Assembly: GCA_000002445.1 (NCBI GenBank)
Contig: CM000207.1
Location: forward strand, 2,592,001-2,656,000
DNA length: 64,000 nt
DNA from: Trypanosoma brucei
Lineage: Eukaryota
Reading direction: 5' to 3'
The position numbers were made by a program, and so were the translations under genes. The notes beneath the pieces were generated by a model, which made no database searches, was not told where the DNA came from, and saw nothing but the letters and a program-made list of their open reading frames with translations. Positions 33,228-46,829 of this stretch are shown piece after piece (within the stretch, counting starts at the first letter, position 1; each line of letters begins with the position of its first letter).

Positions 33228-34699
33228 GAATGGCTACAAAAAGTACAAATTCAAACGCATAATGTATTTTGTTAAGCTCACACATTTTAAGTTTTTTAAA
33301 TTCCAAATTCATGTTGTTTAAACTTGCATGACAATATTTTTTTTAAAAAAGAATTTTGTGTTCCACACAGAATACGTGATTGCCGTATTTTTTATTGATT
33401 ACGTATTGGGGAGATACATAAAAGACACGCTATAGCATGTAACTTGTCACTCAATTTCATTGTGTTTTTACATGATCAACTTGTGGAAAGGTCTTTTGCA
33501 CCATAGAAACTCATGGTCACAATGACCTAATTTTTTTCAAACAAATATCCCACACTAATTTCAATCCATAGCATTCTATATCTTTTGCACTCGCACGCTT
33601 TCTCAGATCTGACTCTGTACTTTTTACAATACCACAATATTTCTATGTTATAAATTAAAATGTTATGGCTTCTAAAGCGGGTTACAGCTCAGTAACTCTT
33701 TTGTGGTACGTATTATCTCTGTAACAATACAAAGGTTTTTTGTAGGAAACCGCTTTTTTGTTGGGCTCATACAGAAAAGTCGTTACTTTTGCGCCGCTTA
33801 CGCATACGATGTTATAACTTGGAGTGATTTACACTCTGAGTTTCTTTTCCGAATGCTTGCCGTGCTCCAGTAAACTTTCATCATCTCTAATTCTTATTTG
33901 AGTTTTACGCTCGTTGAACGCAGTTAAATTGTCATTTGTATACCAGTTTGTAACTGATAAAGTTCCGCTGTTAATTTTTAAACTTCATAAATCTCATTTA
34001 TTCACGCATATATGTTCTATTTTTAGCACCTTATTTTTTTCATTCTTCCTTTACTGCCTACAGAAATTCATTTTGAAAAACAGTTTTAAAATCAAGCAAA
34101 CAAGAATATTATTCTCCACACACTGATTTTTATTATTAATGTATTAAATGAGAAAAATGTTGAATATTACATAATACTTACCCAGTTACTGCTCCTGATC
34201 CTGCTGATTCTTCTTTGAAGAAGGATAATAGTATTAACCACCATATTTAACACGACACTCTTCATAATTATCTCTGAAGTACCTTTCATCAATTTGTGTG
34301 CGAAATGTGGAGCACAGCCTCATACTGACGTACCATTATCTTCCTTTCTGCGCTATGTTGTCGCGGGTTATAAAATTTAATTTCCTCATTACTTCTTTAT
34401 TTTACGTTTTTCTCCTCTTGCAGTTCAGAAAACGTAACTATTTTACTTGTCTTGTACGGTAAACTCTGTCTCGCTTTCATTGGCCCTTTAATCATCCGCT
34501 CCTGTATAATGATGATCATAGCGATATTTGTATTTGAAGCTAGACATGTTCCATCTCCCTTTCTCTTTCTCTGCCTTTTTACTTCTCTAATTCTCTACTC
34601 ACAATATTCCTCGTTCTCTCCAACTAACTCACTTACTTTTATTTCATCCTTACTTTTGTTTTAAGTGCTTTTATATTGGCAGTGCGGCTGCTCATCACC

Positions 34700-34800
34700 A
34701 CTGCTCTTATTATAATGTTTGTATATGCACAGTCACAACACTCTATTATCATTATCAATATTATTATCATTATTATCCTTACTGCTCTTTTAAACGTATC
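34700..34800 (-). repeat. VSG-associated 70-bp repeat
   Basis: Reads ctgctcttattataatgtttgtatatgcacagtcacaacactctattatcattatcaatattattatcattattatcc. Confidence 0.8.
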
Positions 34801-35063
34801 TAATATAAATAAAATGAACAAAATAACCCAAATATCAAATATTCGTAATAACACTTGCTTTTCATTCCCTATCACTATTTTTCTTTGCACTAATATGCTA
34901 TTATCATTCACGATTTACAAAAAATATTGCAATGCTCCTAATCTTCACATTTAATCAACAAGTTTTAAAATATATTACATTCATTTATTTTATCAAAAAT
35001 GTTGCAAAATACTAAATTTTATAAAGTGTCATAAAATTAAACCAAAATATTTTAGAAAATTAT

Positions 35064-36525
35064 TTATAGAAGCACAAATGCGAGCAAAAGAGGGGAAGTT
35101 TTAATGACAAAAGAATTGCTCCCTGTGGTGTTTGCTGTTTTTCCGTCTTTCCCTTCCGCTTTAACTCCCTCTCTTGCTACGCATTTATTGCCCTTTAATT
35201 CACAGTTTTCGCTGTTGCATTTATCTTTTCTTTTGTCTGCGCAATCCTCATCTTTTGTTTGCTGTAGAATTGAGATTTCGGTCACTTCTTGCATCTCCTT
35301 TAGTTGATTGTGGTAGCAAGCGGCCGCAGCGTAGTGTACTGTCTCAGTGTTGGAATCGGTGCCTACTTTGTTCTTTTTCGTGTCCCCATTTAATGTGTAC
35401 TGAATTTCCGCTGTTGCTAGCGGTTTTAGTAGCTTTTCACTGACGCTGCCTTTTAAGTCACCAAATAGAGTTTTTACACTTTCCTTTTGTTTGTCGCCAG
35501 TTTGGCCTTTTGGTACTTCCACTTTCAGTATTAGGTCCGCTATCTGTTGCATGTGCTCGTTTTGTTGCAGCGTTTGTTCTTTTTCGTCGCCTATTGAAGT
35601 AACGACGGAGATCGTGACGTCTCTGAGCTTGCAGATTACTTGTGCTGTTTGTTTCGCGGTTACTGTGTTGGTTTTAGTACCGTATTGCTCGCAGCCGAGT
35701 TCGTCGATGCACGGTGCTTTGGCTTAACCTGCTTTTCCAATGCTGATTTCGCTTATTGTGTAGGTGTTGTATGGCGTGTCGAGCTCTGTGGTGCCTAAAG
35801 AGTTGGTTGCGGCGCTTGCTGTTCCTGTTCCAGAATAAAAAAAGCCGGGTATTGTGCCCGTTGTGCTTGCGCTGCTGGCTGTGCCGCCGACAAAGACCTT
35901 GCCTGTCCTTTCGGCGTTTGTCAAATGCTTGTCGTCAGTTAGCTTGAGTTTGTCAATCTTATCGAGGTTGCTTACAGCCCAGTCTATCCCTGCTTTGCCT
36001 GTGCCAACTTCAGTGCATGCCTCGAATTTTCCTTGTGTAAATGCTGCCTTTATCGTGCAATAGTCGTTTGTGCCGCTTGCGTAGCCGGCACGGTTTGTGC
36101 TCTTGGTGGTCGACACGAGTGTTGGGCTGCCTATTGGATTCGTGTGAATCAGTATCCTTATTTGCGCTAGCCGGCTGCTGAGGATACTTGTCTGCGCTAG
36201 TATTTCCTGCGCTTGCATCGTTTCTTGGCGCGCTGTCTGCAAATTGTGCGTAGCTAAAGCATAGGGTGCCTGGAATTGTCTGCCTTTGTTATTGGTTGCG
36301 AACTTGCAGGCTGCGTGTTGTAGAATTTTTGCTTCGTGTTGTAGCGTTTGAGCCTGTTGAAAGGCTGACAGTGCCTTTTGCTTTGATTTTTCAATAAGTT
36401 TTGTCAAGAAAATGATTTCGTCGCATGGATTTGTGCTCGCTTCTTTCTAGAGCTGCAGCGTCGCCGTAGCTGCTGTTGTTGTTAAAACACAAGGCACTAC
36501 TCTGTGCGCTATTGTATTTAGCATC
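35064..36525 (-). pseudogene. VSG: VSG pseudogene (premature stop near the N-terminus; body otherwise largely open)
   Basis: The start region at about 36520 (MLNTIAHRVVPCVLTTTAATATLQL*) has an in-frame stop. ORFs 35724-36407 and 35064-35552 give the body. The C-terminus has a canonical short GPI signal: GSNSFVIKTSPLLLAFVLL. Confidence 0.75.
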
Positions 36526-38169
36526 TTGCTGACTTCCTTTTTGTTGCGCTGCAGTTCTAGATTGTATATTAGATTCTTTCTTGTTCTTTTAACTTTAAAC
36601 AGTGCCGCTAAGCAGTGTTCTTTGCCGGTTTCTTTTTGTTCTGTGTCGTTTTTGTAAACAGTTGTGGCTATCTGGAGGGTGCACGCAAGCGTTATGAATA
36701 GTTAGAGTCAATGTGTGTGTTTCATTTCGGTATAATCTGTGTTTGATATAGGCTTTTGCTTCCTTCTCTGGTGTTTCTTGCCCGTCGCTTGTTGGGCCGT
36801 TGGCTCAGCTGTTGCTGCTGATTATGTTGAACATGGAGGCAGCTCCTTTGAGGTTCTGCTTGAATGTATTCGGTGATGTTGCTCAAAATCTCCTATACTA
36901 TTTCCTATCTTTTTCGTTCTTTGTGCAGTCTATTGGGGCTGTTTTATCTGTTTTATCCATGATGGTCGAAACATACTTTGAGTTTCATTTTCGTTAAATG
37001 GTGAATATTCTTGCTTTTCTTACTTCTTCACATATTACCGCTAGCATATTGCTCTAAACAACCTTTATTGTTAATTATACAGTAATTCTTCTCTCACCCT
37101 CCACTAAAACGTTTCGCTTGGTTGCTAAGTTCATTGGTGTATTTAACGGGTCGCCGCTTCGGGTTATAACGGTTGGGACAGTACGCGTTTCATACATTGC
37201 AAACATTTGTGTATTTTTCACTAGACTTCACGGCTCTTCAGCTGATGCCTTCGTTCAGATGGTTGTGCCCTAGGTTCAGCCTGAATGACTGTGCCGCTCT
37301 TTTTCTTTGTTAAAGAATAGTTTATTCTTTTCCATGTTAGTAAAGGATATTGTTGCTTTTAAGCTTAAGGGTAGTGAAAGCTGTAGGAACACGAAATATT
37401 GTCTGTCAAAAGATTCTCTTGACTTCGTTTTACCTTCTGAAATAGATTAAATTGTATGTTCTGAAGTCATCTTATTTATAATAATTTAAATTGTCGTTTA
37501 GGTCGTGGTATTACATGTCATGTGACTTCAGTCTATAACGATAAAATGATTGCTTCTATCTAATAGCTTTGCCGATTGAACTGCGTTTCTAAGCACTAGG
37601 AGGCACTGTTTCTACACTATTTTTTGACGGAACAATGGTTTTACTTCTGATTTTCAATTCGTGCTCCGATATATTCTCACGTTTGCTACTCTTTCTAAAA
37701 TTTTCGTCTTCTTTATAGTTTCTGCAAGGCTGGCCGCAACCATTATCTGGTTTATTTGTTGCTACCTCCGCATAAAAGTAAGAAACTCCGGTGAGTATCG
37801 CACTATCAGACAAATTTTTCGGCCTTTACAAGTCGTATTATCTGTCTCAGACGTCTACATTTCCTGCATTTTAATTCCATTTTCCATTTTATCTGGGGTT
37901 TCTACTATTTCAATCACCACGGATAACGTAGAAACTTCATTATGTCTATACAGGAGACTTTTTCTTCACCATGTCGTTGTTTATAATGACCTTCGCCCTT
38001 ATAACTGTATTTGAAAATATATATCTACAGCCTCTTCCTTTTTCTGTGTCTTTTTTTAACAATATTTTTCTTGCTTTCTCTGTCTCAAACTAACTCACTT
38101 AATCCCATTTTAACCTTTCCATTATTTTTAATACATCTCTTCGGGTTGTGAAGTTGGTGTTATCCACCA

Positions 38170-38250
38170 CTATCGTTATAATATTTGTATATACACATAC
38201 TCACAATACTCTCCTATTATTATCATTATTATTATTACTGTTATAACCCA
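38170..38250 (-). repeat. VSG-associated 70-bp repeat
   Basis: Reads tcgttataatatttgtatatacacatactcacaatactctcctattattatcattattattattactgttataaccc. Confidence 0.8.
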
Positions 38251-38479
38251 AGCTACTAACTAAAAACAAAATTAAATTAGAATTTCACTCAAATTTTATA
38301 ACCCATCACACTATTTCTTTGCACTTATATCCCAATTTTATACCAAAATTTCATAAATCTAAATCATTTTGAGAAAACCTGTTAAAGTAAATTAAATGTT
38401 AGCAATTTTCTATTTCTATCAAAATAGAAAATTTTGTAAAACTTCATAAATTAGAGTAAAAATCCTAAAAGGTTTAGAA

Positions 38480-39876
38480 AAGCAAAACTGCAAGCAAAAG
38501 AGGGGTTTTATTAATCATAACAGAATTGCTTCCTGTTGTTTTTGTTGTTTTGTAAGCTTTCACTCCTGCTTGTTGGTTTGCTTTTTCTGCCTCTTTTTGT
38601 GCTTTTTCAGTAATCTTTCAAGTGTTGTTTTTCCATTCGCAGCCGTTCGTTTTGCCGCATTCTCCCTCCTCTTTGCTGTCGCGTTTCGGTGCTTCTGTAT
38701 TAGTAACTTCACAATTCTCTTTGGGGTTAGGCTTTGCTCCAACTTCGCATGCAGTCCAGTTAGTGTTTAGTTGTTGTAGAAAGAAAAGTCGTCTTTTTTT
38801 GTTCGCAGTTTGTCCTGCCTTCTCTGTTCGGTGTTTTTTCATCAACTGTTTAATCGGTTTTAGTGCTGCACCTGGAAGTTCGGCTGCTTTTTCCAGCTCC
38901 CCATCTTCAAAGGCGCCGATCGACACCGTGAGCGCCGGCGGTTCAGCCTCCTCACCGTCGGCTAGGTCTATTAGCTTGCTGTTTGTGGCTTCCTGGCTCG
39001 TCAGTACATTCATAAACGCTTTTTCTTCCCTGTCGACAGCTGCGTATGTTTCTCCGGCCTCTTGCCATCCCTGCTCTGCCCCTCTCCATTGAGGTGCTGT
39101 GTTCGCGTTGTTTCTTGTTTTTAGCAGGCCGCCCATTATCCTGAAGTTTGCGTTGTCGTTGGGTAAACCTCCGCCGCTGCCTACGTTTCGAGGCAGTACC
39201 TTGCATGTTGTCCCGCTAGACCCCGTGCCTGAGTTTCCGTTCGGCGTGACCCTGAACTTGGCTTCGATGTTTACAGTTAGTTCCTCGTCCGTGAGACTTA
39301 TCATTTGCTGCTCTTTGCCCGCTTCCTTGGTGCAGGCGCCGACGTCAATGCTGTTCCGTGCACCCGCTGCTCCGGCCGCTGCTTCTGCCACGCAAGGAAC
39401 TTTGTCGCTAGTAACATCGTCGCTGCCTCGTCAATCCTGCCCGCTAACTGACCCGACCGTGCGGCGGTGGTTACGCCGCTTGCCGCCTGGGCCTGCAGGA
39501 GGTTTAGCTTTTGCTTTTTGGCTTCGTATACCATTTGGCTAAGCGTAACTAGCGTGGCGGCAGTAGGTTCGTCGCTCTGAGCTTTGACCGCCATGAAATC
39601 TTCTTGTAGTACCGAGAGCGCTGATGCTTGTGTAAAAAGCTTTTTTAAGTGATACGCTATGTTGCTTGGGGCTTGCTTTAGTTCATGAGCTAGTGCGCAC
39701 GCCGTTTTTAAGTGTGCCGCCTTTATACCGAGATGGTTTGCATCGCTGAGTTGTGGTACTTGAACCAATGCCACTAGCACTACTGCAGCTTTGGCGCATA
39801 CTCTGCTGCTTATATAGTTTTCGCTTTTGTCTGGACTACTGAACTGACTGTGGAGCGGGCTGCATCTTCCTTCCAT
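38480..39876 (-). pseudogene. VSG: VSG pseudogene (frameshifts; premature stop before the GPI signal)
   Basis: ORF 39301-39876 is the N-terminus with a leader (…AAVVLVALVQVPQLSDA…AHLKTACALAHEL). ORF 38618-39391 is the body, ending …GCEWKNNT*. A GPI-signal-like TTGSNSVMINKTPLLLAVLLF is encoded out of frame at about 38490-38545. Confidence 0.7.
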
Positions 39877-40674
39877 TTTCTCTTTTCACCTTAGCAATTG
39901 CAGACTACTGCTGGAATATGGTGTTTTGCTGATGGTGTTTTTGACTTTTGCGCGAGCGTCCACTCAGTTCTACACGATGTCACTGGCTTCTCCGTTGGTC
40001 CGCTTTACAGACCGCGGCTTGCTGTTCTTGCGCATGGGCTTTCGCCAGTTAGTGGTTTCTTTGTGCAGGCATTAAATAACAACAGCAAAACACCCAGTCA
40101 TCCACGCTTACACGACTATATAGCTGCGTGACTGACTTTTGTGACGTCCCTCAAGTAACCCGCATTTAGTATTTTACGCACCATGTGCTGTAGATTGGTA
40201 CGCTGCAAATTTTAAGGTTTAATTAAACTAAAAACCACATTAGCCAAATCATCTCGACCGCTACCTCAACATGTCTTAATGTGAAAAAAGTAGCTCATCG
40301 ACAACTTCCTTTCCACCTAATGTATTATTTATCCCTGTACTATGACGTCACATATTCTCTGGTTTATTCCATATTTTATTTACTTACATTTATTTTTTTG
40401 CTGCTATTTTTGCGGATAACGTAGCACCTCCAATTGGCCTGTACCCTAGACTTTGTCTCTTCCTCACTGTTATATTATGTCCGTGTGTATGATTGTGGCC
40501 ATCGCTATTTTTGTGAATTAAACTAAGCAAATTCCATCTCCTTCCCTCCCTCATTTCTTTTTTGCGTTTTTGTAAACTATATTCACCGCACAGCGCCTTG
40601 CACTTATCTACTCCTGTTGTATTTCCGCTGTTTTTAAAGAGTCTGTTTTTGTCTTCCGTTCAATATCTACCACA

Positions 40675-40745
40675 ATAATTATAATATTCGTATATACATA
40701 CTCACAACACACTCCTATCATCATTATTACTATCATTATAACCTT
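40675..40745 (-). repeat. VSG-associated 70-bp repeat
   Basis: Reads aattataatattcgtatatacatactcacaacacactcctatcatcattattactatcattataacc. Confidence 0.8.
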
Positions 40746-40892
40746 AACTATTATCTGTAGAATAGGAAAAGTAATAAATCAGAATATATCTCATGTTTGA
40801 TACTATATCAATTATTACGTTACACCCATAAGCCACTACCATGCACATCACTAAAAATAAAATTTTATTAATTTTCACAGTTTCATAAAAAA

Positions 40893-40908
40893 GTGTTAAA
40901 ATATATCA
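40893..40908 (-). promoter_or_regulatory. VSG 3' UTR conserved 16-mer (exact: TGATATATTTTAACAC on the minus strand)
   Basis: The plus strand reads gtgttaaaatatatca, about 50 bp 3' of the stop of the VSG pseudogene at 40957. Confidence 0.7.
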
Positions 40909-40956
40909 AAACAGCCAGGAATTTAAATAAAGTTTCATAAAATTGAGCACATATCC

Positions 40957-42384
40957 TTACAATACTACCAAACTCATAAAAGAAGAAGCCATTCTCAGAC
41001 CCAATTTCTTATTGGCGAGAAAACTAGAATCCTTGTACTGTTTGCCTTCCCATTTGCAATACGGAGATTTACAGTCATCTTTGTTCTTTCCCTTTGCACT
41101 TATCTGAGGCAGTATTTGTCCCTCTTGTTTGAGTCTGTTACAGGGTCTTTGCATTTGCTTTTGTGGAATTAAATTTTCACTTTTTATCGCCCTCAGCTGC
41201 TCTTTCGTTGTAACTGCAGAAAGGCTTGTTGTTGCATCAATTTTATTCTGTGATTTGATTGCATACCTCTTGGGTTTCCTCTGGCTGGCATTTTGTTTGT
41301 TGAGCTACTGCGGTTGTAACCAGTTTTTCGGGCTTATTGCGTCAAAGAATTGATGTATCCTCTGTTTGACTCGCTTGTCGTGCCTGCCGCACGGCCACTA
41401 TTGCCTTGTTGGCTTTTAGTAGGGTGTCTTTTGATATCGTGAGCTCTGTCTGGTCCTTGCTCCGTCCGACTTCAGCCTCAGTAGTCGCTATGTTTTCGTA
41501 GTCCATCTTGTCGGTGGCTTCGCCCAATGTTATTACATTCTTTAGGGCCGCTATCGCTGGTGTCAGTGAAGCTGCTTTGGTGCTCGCCAGTAATTGTATT
41601 TGTGCTAATATGGTGTCGGTGTCGATGGTGCTGGTGGTTTTCCATGCTGTGTCGGTCGAATCTCTGCTAGTTATTTTCAGTAAGTCACAGACAAAAAAGT
41701 TCCACTGTTTCTTCCACCGCTTAAATCTATAAAGCCGTCGGTTGTGTCGAGCCGCGTTAGCTTACAGCCTTTGTCGGCATCGGCGCCTTTCATTGTTTCG
41801 GTTGCTGCCGCTTCTGTAAGTTCAGTAGTGTAGTCCGGTTCCGCGTTTTTCTGGTTGATGGGCCACTGCGTTGCAAGCTTACCGCTAACGGCGCACGCTC
41901 CCATGTGTTCAATTTTGGCCCGATCTGAGCCACTGTTGTCTGCGACCACGCAGTAGTTCGCGCTGCCGTTATGTGCCGAGAAAAAAAGGTTGACGGTTTC
42001 CATTATCGCGCCTGCCGCCTCTGCTGCCACGAGGCCCTTGTGGATCGTGGACTTTAATTTTGCTTTGGCTTCCGCTTGCAGTTTCTGCTGGCGCTCCCGG
42101 ACTAGCATTAGTAGGTCAATGCTTTCCGGAGGTTCCAGCATCTCTTTCTTTTTTATGCACTCCGTCATATCGTCCACCACACTTTTTGCCTTTTCGAGCG
42201 TTGAATCAACGCTCATCGCTATTGTCGCTGCGAATTCTCCATGAGCGCGCAGCTTAGTTGCCAGCGTGCACGCGTCGATGAAGCCTTTGGCAGCTAGAGC
42301 AGGCCTTACGGAGTGTACAGGACGAGCTACAACTGCGATCACAACGGCTACGCAAGCGGCCCGGAAGTTGTTGTTTAAGAACAT
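40957..42384 (-). pseudogene. VSG: VSG pseudogene (frameshifted)
   Basis: N-terminal ORF 41677-42384 has a signal peptide (MFLNNNFRAACVAVVIAVVARPVHS...FIDACTLATKL). ORF 41342-41527 is a middle piece. ORF 40957-41154 is the C-terminus: CKSPYCKWEGKQYKDSSFLANKKLGLRMASSFMSLVVL. Confidence 0.75.
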
Positions 42385-45300
42385 TAAAACTCTTCTCTTT
42401 GTTTCGATTTACTACTTGTTGATGTTGTATATGAAGTTGTTTTTGGTAAAGTTGCAAAAAATCATCTGTAAGCGGTGTCAGCTATCGACTGTCTTCAATG
42501 TTGAAGTTAAGCTTGGGTGCGTTGTTGACGGACAAGTGATTGTCCTACCTGTGCTTTGTTTCCTTATTTTGCTTTGTGTGGTGGATAAGTTTCTGTGCTT
42601 TTTTTTCGGATTATGGCATTGAAGGGATAGAACCTCATAACACCAGAACCTTCGTTCTTGGGTCTGCATCTATTTTAACTTTCACCAGCCTATTTAGTAA
42701 GTGCTTCTCGATCTTACGGGGCTACAGTATGACGTTCAAGGATTTCTCATGCTTTTAAAAAAGACAAGTTCCTCAGTCACAGCGCTTTCATCCCTAACCT
42801 TCCTTCCTTCTTTTCTATTTTCTTTAACGGATTATCAGAAACCATACTCATTTACTGCTGTTGTTAATGTCTCTCCAGTGATTTTATCTTTGCTATTTTT
42901 CCGCACTTGTGAAAATACATTACAACTTGCAGCGGTGTATTAACGATACATCCCAAAAAACTGGCTTTCACTCTTATATCCCATCACCACAGGTTTATTA
43001 ATTACCATTTTCATTGGCATCACAGTTTTCTCCGATGGATGCACTCATTTTCAAGCCAAATGCGGACCATTTTTATTCTTCATGCATTTTAATTTTAAGA
43101 AAATCCCATGTCCTTGGGAAACAATGGTTTATATCGGCGTAGAGAGCTCAGTTTTATATTTTAAGCGTTTTATTTTTCTCTTTTCGTTTTGACATTCTGG
43201 GCGCTAATGAGAAGGTTTTGCTTCTCATTTTTCTAAACTCATTCCGTTTGGAACTTGGATTTTCGTATTTCTTCCATGTTTATTTTTGTGTTTCTACCGC
43301 TTTTTTAGTGCTTGTTACTCTCTTTTAAACGTATAAATAGATGAAAATTTAGGAAAAATAAATACTTATGTAAAATGGATGTAATTTTCTGGTGTTTGGC
43401 CGCTGGGTTGCATCTACTTAAGCTATTCTATGTCATCTCATTTATAATCTATTGATTCTTCGATTTGAGTTATATTTTCACACTTTCAGCTGACTTCAAA
43501 CTCGAAAATGTTGAAATGATTTGTTCTATCGGATAACTTGTTCAATTTACTTAAATGCAAGGCCCTATAAGCGTCAGTGCCTCTACACTATTTTTTGATG
43601 CCATAACAGTTTTATTCATCGCTTCACTTCGATGTTTTTGTGCTTTCTTTTGGTTTCTGTTGTTATCGAGACATCTACTTTGATGAGGTTGCTTTTAAAT
43701 TTATTGGAAGCACTTATTTTGTTTTTGTCTGCGACTTTAGTCGTTTTTATTTATTCTATTTTTTCTTGAGTTACAGCCAGTCGGCAAGCTGCTTAGATTC
43801 CGATAATTACAGTGTCATATGCGCATTTACTCTAGTGTACCACCATTGCACTTTAGAATTATATTCCCGTTGGTATCGTTTCGGCAGTGTACCGCTCTGC
43901 TTCTCCTTTAGCTTTGCGTTCTAGCCACATTTTGGTTGCTATGTCCATTGCAACTACTGCTTTTGAGAATGTGCCTTCCAGCTCTGTTTTGGCTTTTTAC
44001 TCCATTTCTCTGAGGTAATGTGGTGCCTCAAAAGCCTTCGTTGTTTTCGCTTTCCTGTTATGTATTGCGGTTGAGACCGCCTCAAGCAGGCTAACGAGCA
44101 GTGATACAAATACAGGGCTTGACATGATTTTTTTTATTCTTCTCTTTCCCTTTAGATTTCATGGTGGGTTGTGAGGGTTGAGGTGAGGTCTTTGGGCATT
44201 GTGTCTCCTTAGAAGCTCTTTATCTAAAGTTGTAGCGGAAAATAGGGGACGTTTTCTGGCACTTCTTTGCACTTTGTGTAGTGAATTTTTCTGTTCGTTG
44301 CTTCTATGGTTAGAGTGCTGTTTTAGATCTGCGAACCAGCATCGGTTTACTTCCGCTTCTCTTGAAGATATGTTTTGATAATTAGGGGGATTCTGGCCTC
44401 GCTATCTGTCTAACAGCCGACCTCTTCACCGCCTTTTCTTATTGATTTGGTTTCTCTTCGCAGTCTTATACCTTGTTGGCGTCACCTGATTTTTACATTC
44501 CCTCAGTAGTGAATAATGCTTGAGTTACAAGGGTTCCAGCGCTGCTGTTAATATGTGCTTTGCTTACTCTTCGCTTTCTTTTTTCTGTACCAATTTTTAT
44601 TTTCTTGTTACTTCTGGTATTTGAATTGCTTTCGGCATGAAATTTATTGCATGCATTGATACTACAATGTGATACACTCCCACTGTTCTTTATAATACTG
44701 CACATTTTTCTCCTACTTAAAATTCAGTTCTTATGGTTTATATTCTACTTTATATTCCGTTCATCTTTTTCCCTTACATGCTGATTCAGTAACAATGTAA
44801 GATTTCTGTTGCTCCTGGACCCGATTTACTTTTCCTTTTGTCATGAATTATATATGCCTGTATATCTTCTCTGTTACAGACATGGAAATTTGTGGCCAGA
44901 AAGTGTTTTTGTACTGCTTTTGCTTTATTAATCCACACTGTCAATAGCGGCTTCGTGACCTCTTTTATATAAATTACACGTTACTTGAAAGGTATTAATA
45001 TCTCCACAGCATCACAACATGTAATTGAAGAAGTGCAACCATTAATTTTCTCGACTTCATACAGTTCTTTCATAGGCTGATATATGTGTCATTTGAAGAA
45101 GTTTCCTCGTTTACACTTTTTCATTGCTCTCCTCAGTAATCCATTGGTTGTCTTAGTTTAAAAATTGATCGGGCGATAATATTATAGTATTTCGCCTAAA
45201 TGTTAGCAACAATAACCAAGTTTTTTGACGAAAAGAGTTTGACATCATTTCATACTTACTCAATCCTTTCCAGATATTTCTGCTTTTTTTCTTCCTTATT

Positions 45301-46499
45301 CTTTAGAGCTGGGCATTAGGATACGCTATCACATTAAAAACTATAGATTATACTTTCATCTCAGATGTAGCCTCTATCCATATTTGAAGAAAATACTGAA
45401 GATCATTTTGACTCTATATGGTACTGCTAATTGTCGAAACTTACGCTGCTCACATTAGGGGCATTTACCTTCGCGGATAATTCAACTTCGCATGCTGTGC
45501 GTATGATTCATTTCTTTGTGCAGCGATATTGATAGCACTGGGGAGAATTTGATACTGTTGTTTATCAAGATATTACTCATATCCGCAACTTAAATGCTCC
45601 TGTTTCCTCTATTTTTTCTATTTTCTGGTGATGTTTAATGACACTTTTTGCTTTCTTTTGAATGTAACTCTGTGTAAAACTGTAATAGAAAGAAAATACC
45701 TATAAGAAGCGACTACCGTTTTCTAAGAAAGAATTTATATTGGGATATTGTAACTCACATTACTTTTATTCTACTAACTATGCCATTTAAGGCCAATTAA
45801 AAACCTTTAGTAAATTATTATAGAAGACGACAAAAACCTGCTTACAATCTTATACCTTTGCCCATTAACCTCATTTCAACGACCAGAAAGTTTACCTTTT
45901 CTACAAAATATTGTGATGCTATAATGTTTTTATTTCTGCCTTTCCTTCGCTGTTACCTTGCTTTATTTTTCTTTCTGTTTATGTTTAAAAAGTTGGTGTT
46001 CAGTTTACTAGCTTGCACAATTTACCGTCTAATTGTTAACTACTTAATCTTTCATTTCTTTCCTGATTTTGTAATTCAGAAAAAGACAAAATTTAATACG
46101 AATAGTAAAAGCGTTAGTAGATTAATACACGTCATTACGATCAGTTCGTTAATGATAGAGCATCGAGCAAAAAATGAATTATTGGAACAGTTCCTGGGAT
46201 AATATTAGTAGTAGAACTCTAAGATAATTTACACTTTTACCCGTTGCTTATGTAAGCTGTGGAGACCCAATTTAGACTACACTAGTTCCTGTATTTTATT
46301 TATTATTAAACTCGTTATCTCCTTGTGTATGATTATTTCTATATCCATGTTTCTGTTTGACATGCGCATATTCCATCTCTTTCTTCTTATCTTTCACTCT
46401 GTCTCACTTTCTTACTCACTTAACTACTTCTGTTGCACAATCGAATTGGTTTAAGTGCTTTTTTTGTCTTCCCATTTAGTCTTCACCACTTTTTTACAC

Positions 46500-46565
46500 G
46501 ATTAGTATACAAACGCCCGCAAAACTCTCATGCAATTATTATCATTACTATTACCATTATAACCG
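46500..46565 (-). repeat. Degenerate 70-bp repeat
   Basis: Reads attagtatacaaacgcccgcaaaactctcatgcaattattatcattactattaccattataacc. Confidence 0.5.
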
Positions 46566-46718
46566 TAACTAATATACATAAAATAAGCAAAATGAACCGA
46601 ATTAGAGTAGCATTCATTTTTATACCCTATAAATTTACTACTCTGTACCTATGTAGGTCATTATACACACTTTTCAATAATATCATTATTTTCATTAAGT
46701 TGCAATTTTAATCAAAAA

Positions 46719-46734
46719 GTGTTAAAACATATCA
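46719..46734 (-). promoter_or_regulatory. VSG 3' UTR 16-mer (15/16)
   Basis: The plus strand reads gtgttaaaacatatca. Confidence 0.5.
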
Positions 46735-46829
46735 AATTTTAGTAAATTTAAAAATTCATCCAAATAGAAAACTTTTATAATTTTCAAATTATTATAAATT
46801 TCATGATATTGAACGAGTATTTTTTAAAT

